In this document: one piece after another, positions 1-8,736 of the stretch
How positions within the stretch are numbered: position 1 is the first letter of the stretch
Layout of the letters: each line of letters opens with the position of its first letter
NCBI GenBank assembly: GCA_045627925.1
Contig: JAZQOS010000021.1
Coordinates: 10,012-74,011 of the forward strand
Reading direction: 5' to 3'
DNA length: 64,000 bases
Source of the DNA: Kiritimatiellia bacterium
GTDB taxonomy: Bacteria; Verrucomicrobiota; Kiritimatiellia; RFP12; UBA1067
The notes under the pieces: generated by a model
Told to the model about the DNA's origin: nothing
Databases searched by the model: none
What the model saw: only the letters and a program-made list of their open reading frames with translations
Translations under genes and position numbers: made by a program

Positions 1-844
1 AACGCCCGGCGAAGCGGTCGGTGACGAACCCGCCGACGAGAATCGCCGCGAACGCGATTAGATGGTGGTAGAACATCGCATGCGCCCCGCTCGTCGCCCC
101 GTCCACGCCGAAGCGCTCGTGGAAGAGCTTGGGCGCCCAGGCGAGATAGGTGTTGTTCACGCAGCAAATCGCGATAAAACCGGTCGTCGCCAAGAGCGCG
201 CTCGGATTGGTGAAATAAGCCTTGAAGGAGGATAAGGGGGAAGGCGAAGGTGAAGTCGAAGGAATAGGTAAAGTCGAAGAGGTGGGTTCCCTTAAGAGCC
301 ATATAAATGCAATTCCGAGTGCCAACCCCGCCGCGCCGAACGCCGCGAACACCGCGCGCCACGAACCGAGCCAGCCCAGCGTCCAAAGCGCCAGCACCCC
401 GCTCGACATCAGCCCGATGTAGAGCGCCGCCTGATGCAGCGAAAAGGCGAGCGAGCGCGTTTTTTCGTGGTACGCGGCGATAAGCGACATCGCGCTCGGG
501 CCGTAAAAACTCTCGCCGCCGCCCGTTGCGAGCGAACGCAAGAGCAGAATCGAGACGTAGCCGCCCGCGAAACCCGTGCCCATCGTCGCCAGCGACCAGA
601 AGATCAGCGAAAAGGTGATGATTCGCTTACGGCTGAAGCGATCGCCGAGAAAACCGGCGAAAAAGGTAACGACGGCGATCGTAAGGAATAGCGCGGTCGT
701 GATGTGCCCGAGCTGGACGTCGGTAAGCGCGAGATCCTTCTGGACGTAGGGAACCAAGACTCCAAAAAGCGCGCGATCCGCCTGATGAAAGAAATACGCG
801 CCGCCGAGCAGCGCGAGCATCCACCATTTGTAGGAGTTTTTCAT
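1..844 (-). CDS. MFS transporter (N-terminal part; C-terminus runs off the left window edge)
   Basis: Open at the window edge, so absent from the ORF track. My reverse-strand translation from ATG 844-842 reads MKNSYKWWMLALLGGAYFFHQADRALFGVLVPYVQKDL...FAGFLGDRFSRKRIITFSLIFW... This is a multi-TM protein with the MFS loop motif G-x-L-x-D-R-x-x-R-K. ATGA start/stop overlap with the GH16 gene. Confidence 0.8.
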   Translation of the reverse strand, partial: MKNSYKWWMLALLGGAYFFHQADRALFGVLVPYVQKDLALTDVQLGHITTALFLTIAVVTFFAGFLGDRFSRKRIITFSLIFWSLATMGTGFAGGYVSILLLRSLATGGGESFYGPSAMSLIAAYHEKTRSLAFSLHQAALYIGLMSSGVLALWTLGWLGSWRAVFAAFGAAGLALGIAFIWLLREPTSSTLPIPSTSPSPSPLSSFKAYFTNPSALLATTGFIAICCVNNTYLAWAPKLFHERFGVDGATSGAHAMFYHHLIAFAAILVGGFVTDRFAGR

Positions 845-1605
845 TCCGGCAAATAGCTGACGCGGTCAATCGTAAACGTCTGCGGCAACTCTTCCGCCGA
901 TGGCTCGCCGACCCACGACTTCATGATTTCGCAATCGAAGACGAGGTGGAGCGGACGGTGAAAGCGGTCGTTGGGTCGCGAAAAGACCTCCTTGCCGTCG
1001 ATTAGCCAGACGAGGCGATCCTTCGTCCACTTGAATCCGTAATCGTGGAAATCCGCCGACGGATCGAAGTCGAGCGCGAGGCGGCGGAACTTCTCGGGTA
1101 GCGTCTCCACCCCGCCGTTAACGATGCCCTCCAAATACGGCGTTTTGAGACAATGAACCGTGCCGTACCAGTCGCGCAGCGAGCCGAAGATTTCGAAAAT
1201 GTCGATCTCCTCCGAGAAGTCTCCGGGGCGAAACTTCTTTTCCGGCGCGTCCGACAGGGGATCGTAAAGCCAAAACGCATTGCACACCTTGGAGTTCATC
1301 GTCTTCGCGCGACACTCGAAGGTTCCGTAAAGAAACTTGTCGCGCGTACGCACGTAGGCGGTCGCCCAATCGGTAAAGCCGCGCCGAAGATTCTCGACCG
1401 TCTTCTCGTCCTCGCGGAGCGGTCGCGCGACGAGCTCCAGCCGCCCGTTCGTTACCCGCACGTTGTCGCGCGCGAAGAGAAAGCCGGAGCTGCGCCCCTG
1501 AAAGGACGCGACCCAATCCGTCCATCGCGCCTCATCGAACGAATCGAACTCGTCCGTCCAGGGCGCGCTCACCAGCGCCGCCAGCAAAAGCGGAAGAAAG
1601 GTCAT
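841..1605 (-). CDS. Glycoside hydrolase family 16 (beta-glucanase/laminarinase-like), secreted
   Basis: 254-aa ORF with a hydrophobic N-terminus (MTFLPLLLAALVSAP). GH16 catalytic motif E-x-D-x-x-E is present as EEIDIFE. ATG confirmed at 1605-1603. Confidence 0.8.
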   Translation of the reverse strand: MTFLPLLLAALVSAPWTDEFDSFDEARWTDWVASFQGRSSGFLFARDNVRVTNGRLELVARPLREDEKTVENLRRGFTDWATAYVRTRDKFLYGTFECRAKTMNSKVCNAFWLYDPLSDAPEKKFRPGDFSEEIDIFEIFGSLRDWYGTVHCLKTPYLEGIVNGGVETLPEKFRRLALDFDPSADFHDYGFKWTKDRLVWLIDGKEVFSRPNDRFHRPLHLVFDCEIMKSWVGEPSAEELPQTFTIDRVSYLPE

Positions 1606-3311
1606 TTAAGCGCCGCGCAAATGGCGTCCGGCGCCTCGGCGACCGGCGCGACGATGGTGTGCGACTTGTCCTCGGAACGCTTCTTGACCTCGACGCCGCC
1701 CGCCTTGAGCCCCTTCGCACCCACGACGACGCGCACCGGAAATCCGATCAGATCCGCGTCCTTGAACTTCACGCCCGGCCGCTCCTCGCGATCGTCGACG
1801 ATGACGTCCACGCCCTTCGCGATCAGCTTCGCCTCCAAATCGTAGGCGACTTTCGCGACCTCCGCGTCGGCGGGATCCAATAGGCAAATGCAAACCTGAT
1901 ACGGCGCGACCGAGGCGGGCCAAATGACGCCGTCCTTGTCGTGGCTTTGCTCGACAATCGCCTGCAACGTGCGCGAAACGCCGATGCCGTAGCATCCCAT
2001 GACCATCGTCTTTTCCTTGAGGTCGTCGGTCTTGTACACCGCCTTGAACGCGTCGGTGTACTTCGTGCCCAGCTTGAAGACGTGGCCGACTTCGATGCCG
2101 CGCTTGATGACGAGGCGCTTGCCGCACTTCGCGCAAACGTCACCGTCCTTGACGATGACGAGATCGGCGAAGTCCTTGATTGAAGTGTCGCGCTCGAGAT
2201 CGACATTCTTCAGGTGGTGGTCGTCCTTGTTCGCGCCGACGATGCGACCCTTCGCGCCCTTGAGCGACTGATCGGCGACGATCTTGAGCGCCGCGTCCTT
2301 CGGCTTCACCGGCCCCACGCTGCCCGCGTTCGCGCCCGTCGCCTTGAGTACGGTCTCGTAGTCGGCGAGCTCGACCTTCTTCGCGCCGAGGAAGTGGCGC
2401 AGCTTCACCTCGTTGACGTCGCGATCGCCGGGAACGCAAACCATCACCGGTTTGCCGTCCGCGAGATAGACGAGCGACTTGACGAAGGCCTCGGCGGGAA
2501 GCTTCATGAACGCGGCCACCTCGTCGATCGACTTCGCTCCCGGCGTCGGCACGATTTCGACCTGACCGCACGGCGCGTCGGCGCACGGCTCGACCTTCCG
2601 CTCCGCCTTTTCGAGATTCGCCGCGTAACCGCAAGCGTCGCAAAACGCAATTCCGTCCTCGCCCGCTTCGGCGAGCACGTGGAACTCGTGGCTGAACTTG
2701 CCGCCGATGTCGCCGGTGTCGGCCTCGACCGGATACGCCTTGAGTCCGCACCTCGCGAAGACTCGCTTGTAGGCCTCGAACATCGCCAGATAACTCGCGT
2801 CCGCCGCTTCGAGCGAAACGTCGAACGAATACGCGTCCTTCATCAGAAATTCCTTCGAGCGCATAAGCCCGAAGCGCGGACGGATCTCGTCGCGGAACTT
2901 CCACTGAATCTGGTAAACCGTAAGCGGCAACTGACGGTAGGAGCCGACCGAATTCCTGATGACCTCGGTCACCATTTCCTCGGCGGTCGGCGAAAGCGCC
3001 GCCGCGTGCGAGGCGCGATCCTCGAGACGGAACATGCCCGGCCCCATCGTCTCCCAGCGGCCCGAGGTCTTCCAGAGCTCGGCGGGCTGGAGAATCGGCA
3101 TCACCATCTCCTGCGCGCCCGCCGCGTCCATCTCCTCGCGGACGATCTTCGCGATTTTGTTAAGTACCCGCATCCCGAGCGGCAAATAGGCGTAGAGGCC
3201 GCCCGCGACCTTCTTCACGAAGGAAGCGCGAACAAGCAACTTGTGGGAATCGATTTCGGCGTCTCCGGGGTCTTCCCGAAGCGTCTGAATGAGAGCTTTA
3301 GTCCATTTCAT
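1602..3311 (-). CDS. proS: Proline--tRNA ligase
   Basis: 569-aa ORF, MKWTKALIQTLREDPGDAEIDSHKLLVRASFVKKVAGGLYAYLPLG... This is a typical bacterial-type ProRS with an inserted editing domain. ATG at 3311-3309. Confidence 0.95.
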   Translation of the reverse strand: MKWTKALIQTLREDPGDAEIDSHKLLVRASFVKKVAGGLYAYLPLGMRVLNKIAKIVREEMDAAGAQEMVMPILQPAELWKTSGRWETMGPGMFRLEDRASHAAALSPTAEEMVTEVIRNSVGSYRQLPLTVYQIQWKFRDEIRPRFGLMRSKEFLMKDAYSFDVSLEAADASYLAMFEAYKRVFARCGLKAYPVEADTGDIGGKFSHEFHVLAEAGEDGIAFCDACGYAANLEKAERKVEPCADAPCGQVEIVPTPGAKSIDEVAAFMKLPAEAFVKSLVYLADGKPVMVCVPGDRDVNEVKLRHFLGAKKVELADYETVLKATGANAGSVGPVKPKDAALKIVADQSLKGAKGRIVGANKDDHHLKNVDLERDTSIKDFADLVIVKDGDVCAKCGKRLVIKRGIEVGHVFKLGTKYTDAFKAVYKTDDLKEKTMVMGCYGIGVSRTLQAIVEQSHDKDGVIWPASVAPYQVCICLLDPADAEVAKVAYDLEAKLIAKGVDVIVDDREERPGVKFKDADLIGFPVRVVVGAKGLKAGGVEVKKRSEDKSHTIVAPVAEAPDAICAALK

Positions 3312-3320
3312 AGTGCTGAA

Positions 3321-3839
3321 TTATACCATATCGAAGAGCGACTTGCCCTTCGCATCCATCGCGACGATACCGCGAAAATCCTCAACCTCAAAACTCCAAA
3401 CCGCCTCCGCGGCCCCGAATTCCTCCAACAGCGAAACGCCCGCGATCTTGCGCACGCTCTTCGCGTAGAGCGCGCCCGCCCCGCCGACCGCCTGCACGTA
3501 GACGCAACCGTGCTTTTTCATCGCTTTCAGCGTGGCCTCGTCCATTCCGCCCTTGCCGATGATTATGCGAACGCCGCTTTTGGCGATGAAGGACGGCTCG
3601 TAGCAATTCTCCCTTACCGAGGTCGTCGGCCCCGCCGCGACCACCCGGTCTCCAACGACCACCGGCCCGCAATGATAGAGCGCGCCGTCGCGGAAATCCA
3701 CGGGAAGCATCCCTCCGTCGGCGAAAAACTTGTGGAACTTATCGCGGCCGGTGTGAACCAGCCCCGAAATGGAAACGACGTCTCCCGCCGCGAGCGCACG
3801 GACGGACTTTTCGGAAAACGGATATTCGAGACGCTTCAC
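3321..3839 (-). CDS. Fe-S hydro-lyase beta subunit (class I fumarate hydratase / tartrate dehydratase beta-type)
   Basis: Start re-set to GTG 3839-3837 (GTGA overlap with the upstream stop). This gives VKRLEYPFSEKSVRALAAGDVVSISGLVHTGRDKFHKFF...IIIGKGGMDEATLKAMKKHGCVYVQAVGGAGALYA. The rest of the 390-aa track ORF is an Arg-rich extension overlapping the alpha-subunit gene. Confidence 0.85.
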   Translation of the reverse strand: MKRLEYPFSEKSVRALAAGDVVSISGLVHTGRDKFHKFFADGGMLPVDFRDGALYHCGPVVVGDRVVAAGPTTSVRENCYEPSFIAKSGVRIIIGKGGMDEATLKAMKKHGCVYVQAVGGAGALYAKSVRKIAGVSLLEEFGAAEAVWSFEVEDFRGIVAMDAKGKSLFDMV

Positions 3840-4651
3840 AGCGAACCCCTCCTGCACGCCCAGCACATATAGGCGATGGTCACGAAATAACTCGCCGGAA
3901 CGCGCGTACGCGAGGCGACCTTGACGCCGAGAAGCGTGGTCTTTCCGCCGAGCCCCATCGGTCCGATTCCGAGCGCGTTCGCCTTCTTCAAAAGCCGCGA
4001 TTCGAACGCGGTCGGCTTCTCCGCAAGCGACCGGAGAAGCTGCCTTTTCGCGACCTCGAAACCGGTCGCCCGGTCTCCGCCGATGCAAACGCCGAGAATC
4101 CCCGGCGCGCAACCGTAGCCCTTGATCTTCTTTACCGCGTCGAGAACGCACTTCTCCACCCCCGCGAGATCGCGCTCCGCGCCGAGCTCGCCGTCCGGCA
4201 GCGAATATTGGCGCGACATGTTCTCCGAGCCGCCGCCTTTCATAAGCAGCGTAACGCCACGGTAGTCGCCGTAGTGAACGACCGGTGCGCCCTCGGCGCA
4301 GTTGTCGTCGAGACTCTTGCCGGTTATGGCGTCGATCGTATTCTTCCTGAGATACCCCTTTTTCGTCGCCGCCCTGACCGCGCGCTTGATCGCGTTCGGC
4401 GTCGCGGTTTCGCGCAACTTGTCGCTCACGAAGAAAGTCAGCGTTCCTGTATCCTGACAAAGCGGCACGCCGTCCTTCTTCGCGATGCGGCAATTTTCGA
4501 GTATGAGTTCGAGAATCGTCGACGCGGCGGAACCGCGCTTTTCCCGACGACGCGCCGCCTCAATCGCCTTGATGACGTCGGCGGGCAAGGTGGAGCTCGT
4601 CCGCCCGACGAGTTCGGTCAACTTCTCGACCATCGACATCGCTTTTTTCAT
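3836..4651 (-). CDS. Fe-S hydro-lyase alpha subunit (class I fumarate hydratase / tartrate dehydratase alpha-type)
   Basis: Start re-set to ATG 4651-4649 (MKKAMSMVEKLTELV...). Contains CQDTGT and GGGSENMS motifs typical of the family. ATGA overlap with the upstream gene. Confidence 0.85.
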   Translation of the reverse strand: MKKAMSMVEKLTELVGRTSSTLPADVIKAIEAARRREKRGSAASTILELILENCRIAKKDGVPLCQDTGTLTFFVSDKLRETATPNAIKRAVRAATKKGYLRKNTIDAITGKSLDDNCAEGAPVVHYGDYRGVTLLMKGGGSENMSRQYSLPDGELGAERDLAGVEKCVLDAVKKIKGYGCAPGILGVCIGGDRATGFEVAKRQLLRSLAEKPTAFESRLLKKANALGIGPMGLGGKTTLLGVKVASRTRVPASYFVTIAYMCWACRRGSL

Positions 4652-5280
4652 TTCACCGGCGCGGCGGGCGAACCGAAAACGGTCGTGCCGCGCTCCACAT
4701 TGATGATTACGGTCGAACCCGCGCCGACCACCGCGCCTTCGCCGATCGTTCGCCTGGGCGCGACGACCGCCCCCGGATAGACGCTCGCGCCCTCGCCGAG
4801 CTTCACTCCGCCGCCGAGCGCGCATTGCGCGTAAACATGGGAGAAATCCCCGAGTACGGAATCGTGCCCGATCGAGACATTTTGGAAGATTATGGCGTGA
4901 CGACCGACTTCGATATCCGCGGTCAGCGTGACGTTGTTGGAAACGAAGGAGCCGGCGGACACTCGAACGTTGGGACCGATAAACGCGCTTCGATGGACGA
5001 TGGCGACGAACTCGCCGCCCTTCTCCTCAATCGCCTTCGCGCAACGCCGACGGCTTTCCACGCTGCCGAGCGCCGTAATGAAGACGTCGTCCTTCTCGAT
5101 CTTGTAGTCCGCCACGTCGCCGAGAATCGCGGGGTAACCGGAAAACCCGTCGAGCGCCTGCGGATTCGCGTCGAGATAGCCCTTGATGTCGAACGTATCG
5201 CCATAGCCGATCGCCTCGCGCGCCACGCCGAACATTTCGCGACCGAAACCGCCCGCGCCGATGATGACGAGATGCTTCAT
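4648..5280 (-). CDS. NeuD/PglD-like sugar N/O-acyltransferase (left-handed beta-helix hexapeptide family)
   Basis: Start re-set to ATG 5280-5278. MKHLVIIGAGGFGREMFGVA... is a Rossmann-like N-terminal domain, followed by hexapeptide repeats (IGPNVRVSAGSFVSNNVTLTADIEVGRHAIIFQNVSIGHDSVLGDFSHV). Confidence 0.8.
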   Translation of the reverse strand: MKHLVIIGAGGFGREMFGVAREAIGYGDTFDIKGYLDANPQALDGFSGYPAILGDVADYKIEKDDVFITALGSVESRRRCAKAIEEKGGEFVAIVHRSAFIGPNVRVSAGSFVSNNVTLTADIEVGRHAIIFQNVSIGHDSVLGDFSHVYAQCALGGGVKLGEGASVYPGAVVAPRRTIGEGAVVGAGSTVIINVERGTTVFGSPAAPVK

Positions 5281-5960
5281 TGCCGATTCCCCTCCTTGCT
5301 CGCGCCGTCCAGCAGCGCGACTATCTTCGTCGCCGCGTCCTCGCGCTTGACGAGGCCGCCGTGCCTCGATATCAATTCGGCGACGGCGTCGGCGCTCATC
5401 GTGCGCATCCAGGTGGAGCGAACCATGTCCGTGTCCACGATTCCCGGATCGAACGCGTGCACCCGAATTCCGCGTACGGACAACTCGGCGGCGGCGGTGA
5501 GCGCGAACGCCTCCACCGCGCCTTTGGCGGCCGCGTACGCCGCGTTGCCGACCGTCGCCTCGTGCGCCGCGAGCGAAGTCAGAAGAACGATTGCGCAATC
5601 CGACGCGTGCCGAATGCGCTTCGCCAGCAAACCCGCGAACTCCATCGGAAAAACCGCGTGCACCGCCAACATGCGCCGCGCGACCTCCGCGTCGATCATT
5701 CCGATCGGCGCCGGCGAGGAAAATCCGGCGCAATGAACGAAACCGTCAAGCGGTCCGAAGCCGTCAAGCGCACGGGCGACACGTTCGGCGGCCCCGCCTT
5801 CGCTCAAATCGAGCGCGCAAAAATCGCGTCCGTAAGCCGATTGCAAAAGCTCGCCACGACGCGCAACCGCGAGTACGCGATCTCCGCGGGCAATCAACGC
5901 CTTGGCGACGGCCTCGCCAATTCCCGAGCTCGCGCCGGTAACCACGTACGCCTTGCTCAT
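5277..5960 (-). CDS. Short-chain dehydrogenase/reductase (SDR)
   Basis: 227 aa. TGASSGIG cofactor motif and the Y-x-x-x-K active-site motif (YAAAKGAVE). Confidence 0.85.
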   Translation of the reverse strand: MSKAYVVTGASSGIGEAVAKALIARGDRVLAVARRGELLQSAYGRDFCALDLSEGGAAERVARALDGFGPLDGFVHCAGFSSPAPIGMIDAEVARRMLAVHAVFPMEFAGLLAKRIRHASDCAIVLLTSLAAHEATVGNAAYAAAKGAVEAFALTAAAELSVRGIRVHAFDPGIVDTDMVRSTWMRTMSADAVAELISRHGGLVKREDAATKIVALLDGASKEGNRQ

Positions 5961-6175
5961 GCGACGACTCCCGCGAGACAGGCGAGATCCGCGACCGTCT
6001 TCGCGCCTTCGAGATCCGCGAGCGCAAGCTTGCGATTATAACGTTGCTCGATCATGACGAGCACGCTGAACCCGACGAGCGAACTCCACATCGGCACGGC
6101 GCGGAAGTCGTCCTCCGGCTTTGCGGTCGGAACTTCCAGCGTTTCCGCGATATCCTCGAGAAATTTCTCCATCAT
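5957..6175 (-). CDS. Acyl/peptidyl carrier protein (phosphopantetheine-binding) of the polysaccharide-locus type
   Basis: 72 aa from ATG 6175-6173: MMEKFLEDIAETLEVPTAKPEDDFRAVPMWSSLVGFSVLVMIEQRYNRKL... The W-S-S-L motif sits where this carrier-protein class has W-D-S-L. Only the last 72 aa of the 273-aa track ORF look real. Confidence 0.65.
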   Translation of the reverse strand: MMEKFLEDIAETLEVPTAKPEDDFRAVPMWSSLVGFSVLVMIEQRYNRKLALADLEGAKTVADLACLAGVVA

Positions 6176-7191
6176 TTCACTAACTTCGAGTAGTATAGCA
6201 AAAATAGCGAGGCAAGCGCGATAAGCGGACGCTTCCACGAGCGCGGGAAACCCGCGAGCGCCCGGCGGACGGAATCGCGTTTCAGACACTGCATAAGATC
6301 GTTCCAACGTGCCTTGCCCTTGAGAATGAGCGACAAAAGCTCGATTGCCGAAAGAACGCACGTTCCCTCGTAGAGCAAAGTCAGCGCTCCGCCCCGCCGC
6401 GCGTTCAGCTCGTCGCGCTTTTCCAACAGCCGCAGCTTGTTCGTAACGTATCGCCGCGAATAACGCGGAACCGTGCGCATCGCCCCCGAATTCCGGCAGG
6501 TGACGTGATAGCTCGCACGATCGATCGCCGTCATCGACTTCGCCACGAGCAGATACTCCGTGTTGAACATCGCGTCTTCGTAAAGCTCGATTCGCTCGTC
6601 GAAACGCACATTGTTCCGCTCGACGAGCTCGCGGCGATAGACCATTCGCCACACCGCCGCCATCTCGCGATTGGCGAAAAGCGGTCTTCCCGAATACCAC
6701 TCGCGAATGTCGTCGAACGAATAGCCGAAGATCCGCGAAACGTATTCGCGGACGATTGCCGCGTTGTCGCGGCAACAATAGACCTTTCTAAGCGGACGAA
6801 AGGCGGAGGTCGTTTCGCCGTCCTCGGTGTCGTCGTAGGCGCAAACGCAAACATCCGCCGCGTCGCCTTCGAGCTTCGCGATCATCGTCGAAAAGAAATC
6901 CCGCTCCACCCAGTCGTCGGGATCGACGAAAAAGAGATACTTCCCCTTCGCCCGGTCGAGCGCACGATTGCGGGCGCGCGAAACGCCGCCGTGATCGAGC
7001 CCGATTACCGCGATTCGTGAATCCTTCCGTTCGCGTTCGCGCAAAATCGCAAGCGTCGAGTCGGTCGAGCCGTCGTCCACCGCAATGACTTCGGAATCTT
7101 CGGGGAGGGCGGCCAAAATCGAATCCAATGCGCGATTCAGCCAGCGTTCGACGTTGTAGCACGGGACGACTACGCTGCAAACGACGTTCAT
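6172..7191 (-). CDS. Family 2 glycosyltransferase
   Basis: 339 aa. N-terminal VVVPCYNVERWLNRALDSIL...VIAVDDGSTDST...FVDPDD is the GT2 fold signature (DxD). Confidence 0.85.
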   Translation of the reverse strand: MNVVCSVVVPCYNVERWLNRALDSILAALPEDSEVIAVDDGSTDSTLAILRERERKDSRIAVIGLDHGGVSRARNRALDRAKGKYLFFVDPDDWVERDFFSTMIAKLEGDAADVCVCAYDDTEDGETTSAFRPLRKVYCCRDNAAIVREYVSRIFGYSFDDIREWYSGRPLFANREMAAVWRMVYRRELVERNNVRFDERIELYEDAMFNTEYLLVAKSMTAIDRASYHVTCRNSGAMRTVPRYSRRYVTNKLRLLEKRDELNARRGGALTLLYEGTCVLSAIELLSLILKGKARWNDLMQCLKRDSVRRALAGFPRSWKRPLIALASLFLLYYSKLVK

Positions 7192-7586
7192 CGCAGGAAT
7201 TTCGCCGCCTCGGTCGCCAAATTAGAGTATTCGAGGTACATGCCGCTCGCCGCCCAACCGACGATGACGAGAGCGCCGAACAAGACGCCGAGCAAAAACC
7301 CGAAAAGCGCGTCCGACGGTTGCGCCAAAAGTCCGTTCACCAGCTTGCGCACGATCATTCGCACGACGCCGAACGCGAGTAAGGCGACGACAAGCGTCGC
7401 GAGCGCGCGCGCCCAAGTCGCGTCAACGAATTCCGCCGAATACTTCCAGCCGAGCGCCGCCGAAACCGCGAGCGCGGCAACGCCAGCGAAAAAGGCGATC
7501 GTACCCGAAAATCCCCGAAACAGCCCGGTGATCGCCATCACCGCCGCAATGCCGACGAGTACGTAATCCGCAGTCAGAAGTTGCAT
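7188..7586 (-). CDS. CvpA-family membrane protein
   Basis: 132 aa with about four hydrophobic segments. N-terminal pattern VLVGIAAVMAITGLFRGFSGTIAFFAG matches the CvpA family. Confidence 0.65.
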   Translation of the reverse strand: MQLLTADYVLVGIAAVMAITGLFRGFSGTIAFFAGVAALAVSAALGWKYSAEFVDATWARALATLVVALLAFGVVRMIVRKLVNGLLAQPSDALFGFLLGVLFGALVIVGWAASGMYLEYSNLATEAAKFLR

Positions 7587-7590
7587 TGGC

Positions 7591-8736
7591 TCAACGTTTC
7601 CGCGCTCCGGCGATTGCTTCGCGATATTCGCGATAAGCGGCGATGTCTTCGCGCTTCGCGCCGGTCTTGCCGAGCGCGGCGATCAGCGAATCGAGCGCTT
7701 CGAGCGACGCCGGATTCGCGGCGAGCGCGCGCGAACCGATTTCCACCGCCTGCGCGTGGTATCCGAGTTTAGCGGCGAGCTTTCCCGCCTCCAAAAATGT
7801 CGAAATCGCGCTGGGTCTCAAGGCGCAAGCGAGCTTGTAGTTCTCGAACGCCTTTTCCTGCCCGGCCTTCGAACCGTCGGTCTTCTGATATGCCTTCGCC
7901 AGCCCCAACGCCGCCGGATAGCTGAGCGCGTCCGCCTTGAGCGCGTCTTGATAGCGCAACCTCGCGGTCTTGAATTCGCCCTTCTTCCACGCGGCTTCGG
8001 CCTTCGCGAGCGCCTCGGCGCACTTCGCGCTGTCGCGCGAGCCCGCGCCCGGTCGTTCGGTTAGCGCGCGGGCGATCGTCTCCTTCAATCCGGGAATGAT
8101 CGCACGCTGGGTTTTCTGAACGCGCGGTGAAGCCTCCGCCTCGAGTCTTACGTACACGTTCAGCTGCTCCAGCGCGGCGTCATGATAACCGAAGGCGTCG
8201 CGATATAGAAGTCCGAGGTGATACCATGCGGCGGCATCGCGACGATTGACGCGAAGCGCCTGTAAAAAATCGACCCGCGCGATATGTCGGTTATCGCAAG
8301 CCATCTCGACGATGCCCTCGCCCGTCCAACCCTGCGCGCGAATCTCCGGTTCAAGCGTCGCGTCGGTCGCGATGCCCCGGAAAAGCTTCGTCGCCTTGGC
8401 GTAGTCCTTCGCGTGCCAGGCGATCTGCGCCGAAAGAATCCTCACGTCGGAGTCGCGCTCGGCGAGTTTCTCCGCCTTTTGCGCCAGCTCCTTCGCAGAA
8501 GCGAGTTCCCCGAGATCGAGCTTCACACGAGCGAGTTCGACGAGCGCGTCCACCCGCGTTGGCGCGCAAGCGACGCTCTTCTCGAAGAACTTCTCCGCCT
8601 TTTTGAGGTCGCGCGCCGCGTACGCCGCCCGACCGCGCTCCAATTCCGCGAGTCCGTCCTTCGCGCCGCACCCGACGAGCGCGACCATCGCGATCGCCAT
8701 CGCCGTCTTAAGCGCGAATGATGGCGAGAAATTCAT
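7591..8736 (-). CDS. TPR-repeat lipoprotein
   Basis: Start re-set to ATG 8736-8734 (MNFSPSFALKTAMAIAMVALVGCGAKDG). The lipobox is LVGC. Repeated A/Y/L-rich 34-aa-like helical repeats follow. Overlaps the end of the upstream gene by 29 nt. Confidence 0.7.
   Translation of the reverse strand: MNFSPSFALKTAMAIAMVALVGCGAKDGLAELERGRAAYAARDLKKAEKFFEKSVACAPTRVDALVELARVKLDLGELASAKELAQKAEKLAERDSDVRILSAQIAWHAKDYAKATKLFRGIATDATLEPEIRAQGWTGEGIVEMACDNRHIARVDFLQALRVNRRDAAAWYHLGLLYRDAFGYHDAALEQLNVYVRLEAEASPRVQKTQRAIIPGLKETIARALTERPGAGSRDSAKCAEALAKAEAAWKKGEFKTARLRYQDALKADALSYPAALGLAKAYQKTDGSKAGQEKAFENYKLACALRPSAISTFLEAGKLAAKLGYHAQAVEIGSRALAANPASLEALDSLIAALGKTGAKREDIAAYREYREAIAGARKR

Noticed and set aside
2214-3872. 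Long plus-strand ORF (552 aa) antisense to proS. Similar long antisense ORFs occur at 8603-10144, 10694-11890, 14100-15431, 15627-17030, 16741-18243, 26042-27394, 37772-39307, 42736-44391, 53894-55327, 56354-57913 and 59600-60853.
   Set aside because: Their translations are low-complexity and rich in Arg/Ala/Gly/Leu/His (for example RRRHDFDLTARRVGARLDLPL) with no recognisable motifs. Each lies exactly opposite a minus-strand ORF with strong family signatures. This is the typical high-GC antisense open-frame artefact.
3840-4493. N-terminal extensions of track ORFs, for example 3321-4493, 3836-4825, 4648-5733, 5957-6778, 7591-8847, 10074-11381, 11948-13444, 13183-14202, 18302-19468, 48891-50231 and 51282-53345.
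   Set aside because: The extensions are Arg-rich, overlap the preceding well-supported gene in another frame, and precede an internal start that opens a recognisable N-terminus or signal peptide, usually with an ATGA/GTGA/TTGA stop-start overlap. The track counts TTG and GTG as M and takes the longest frame.
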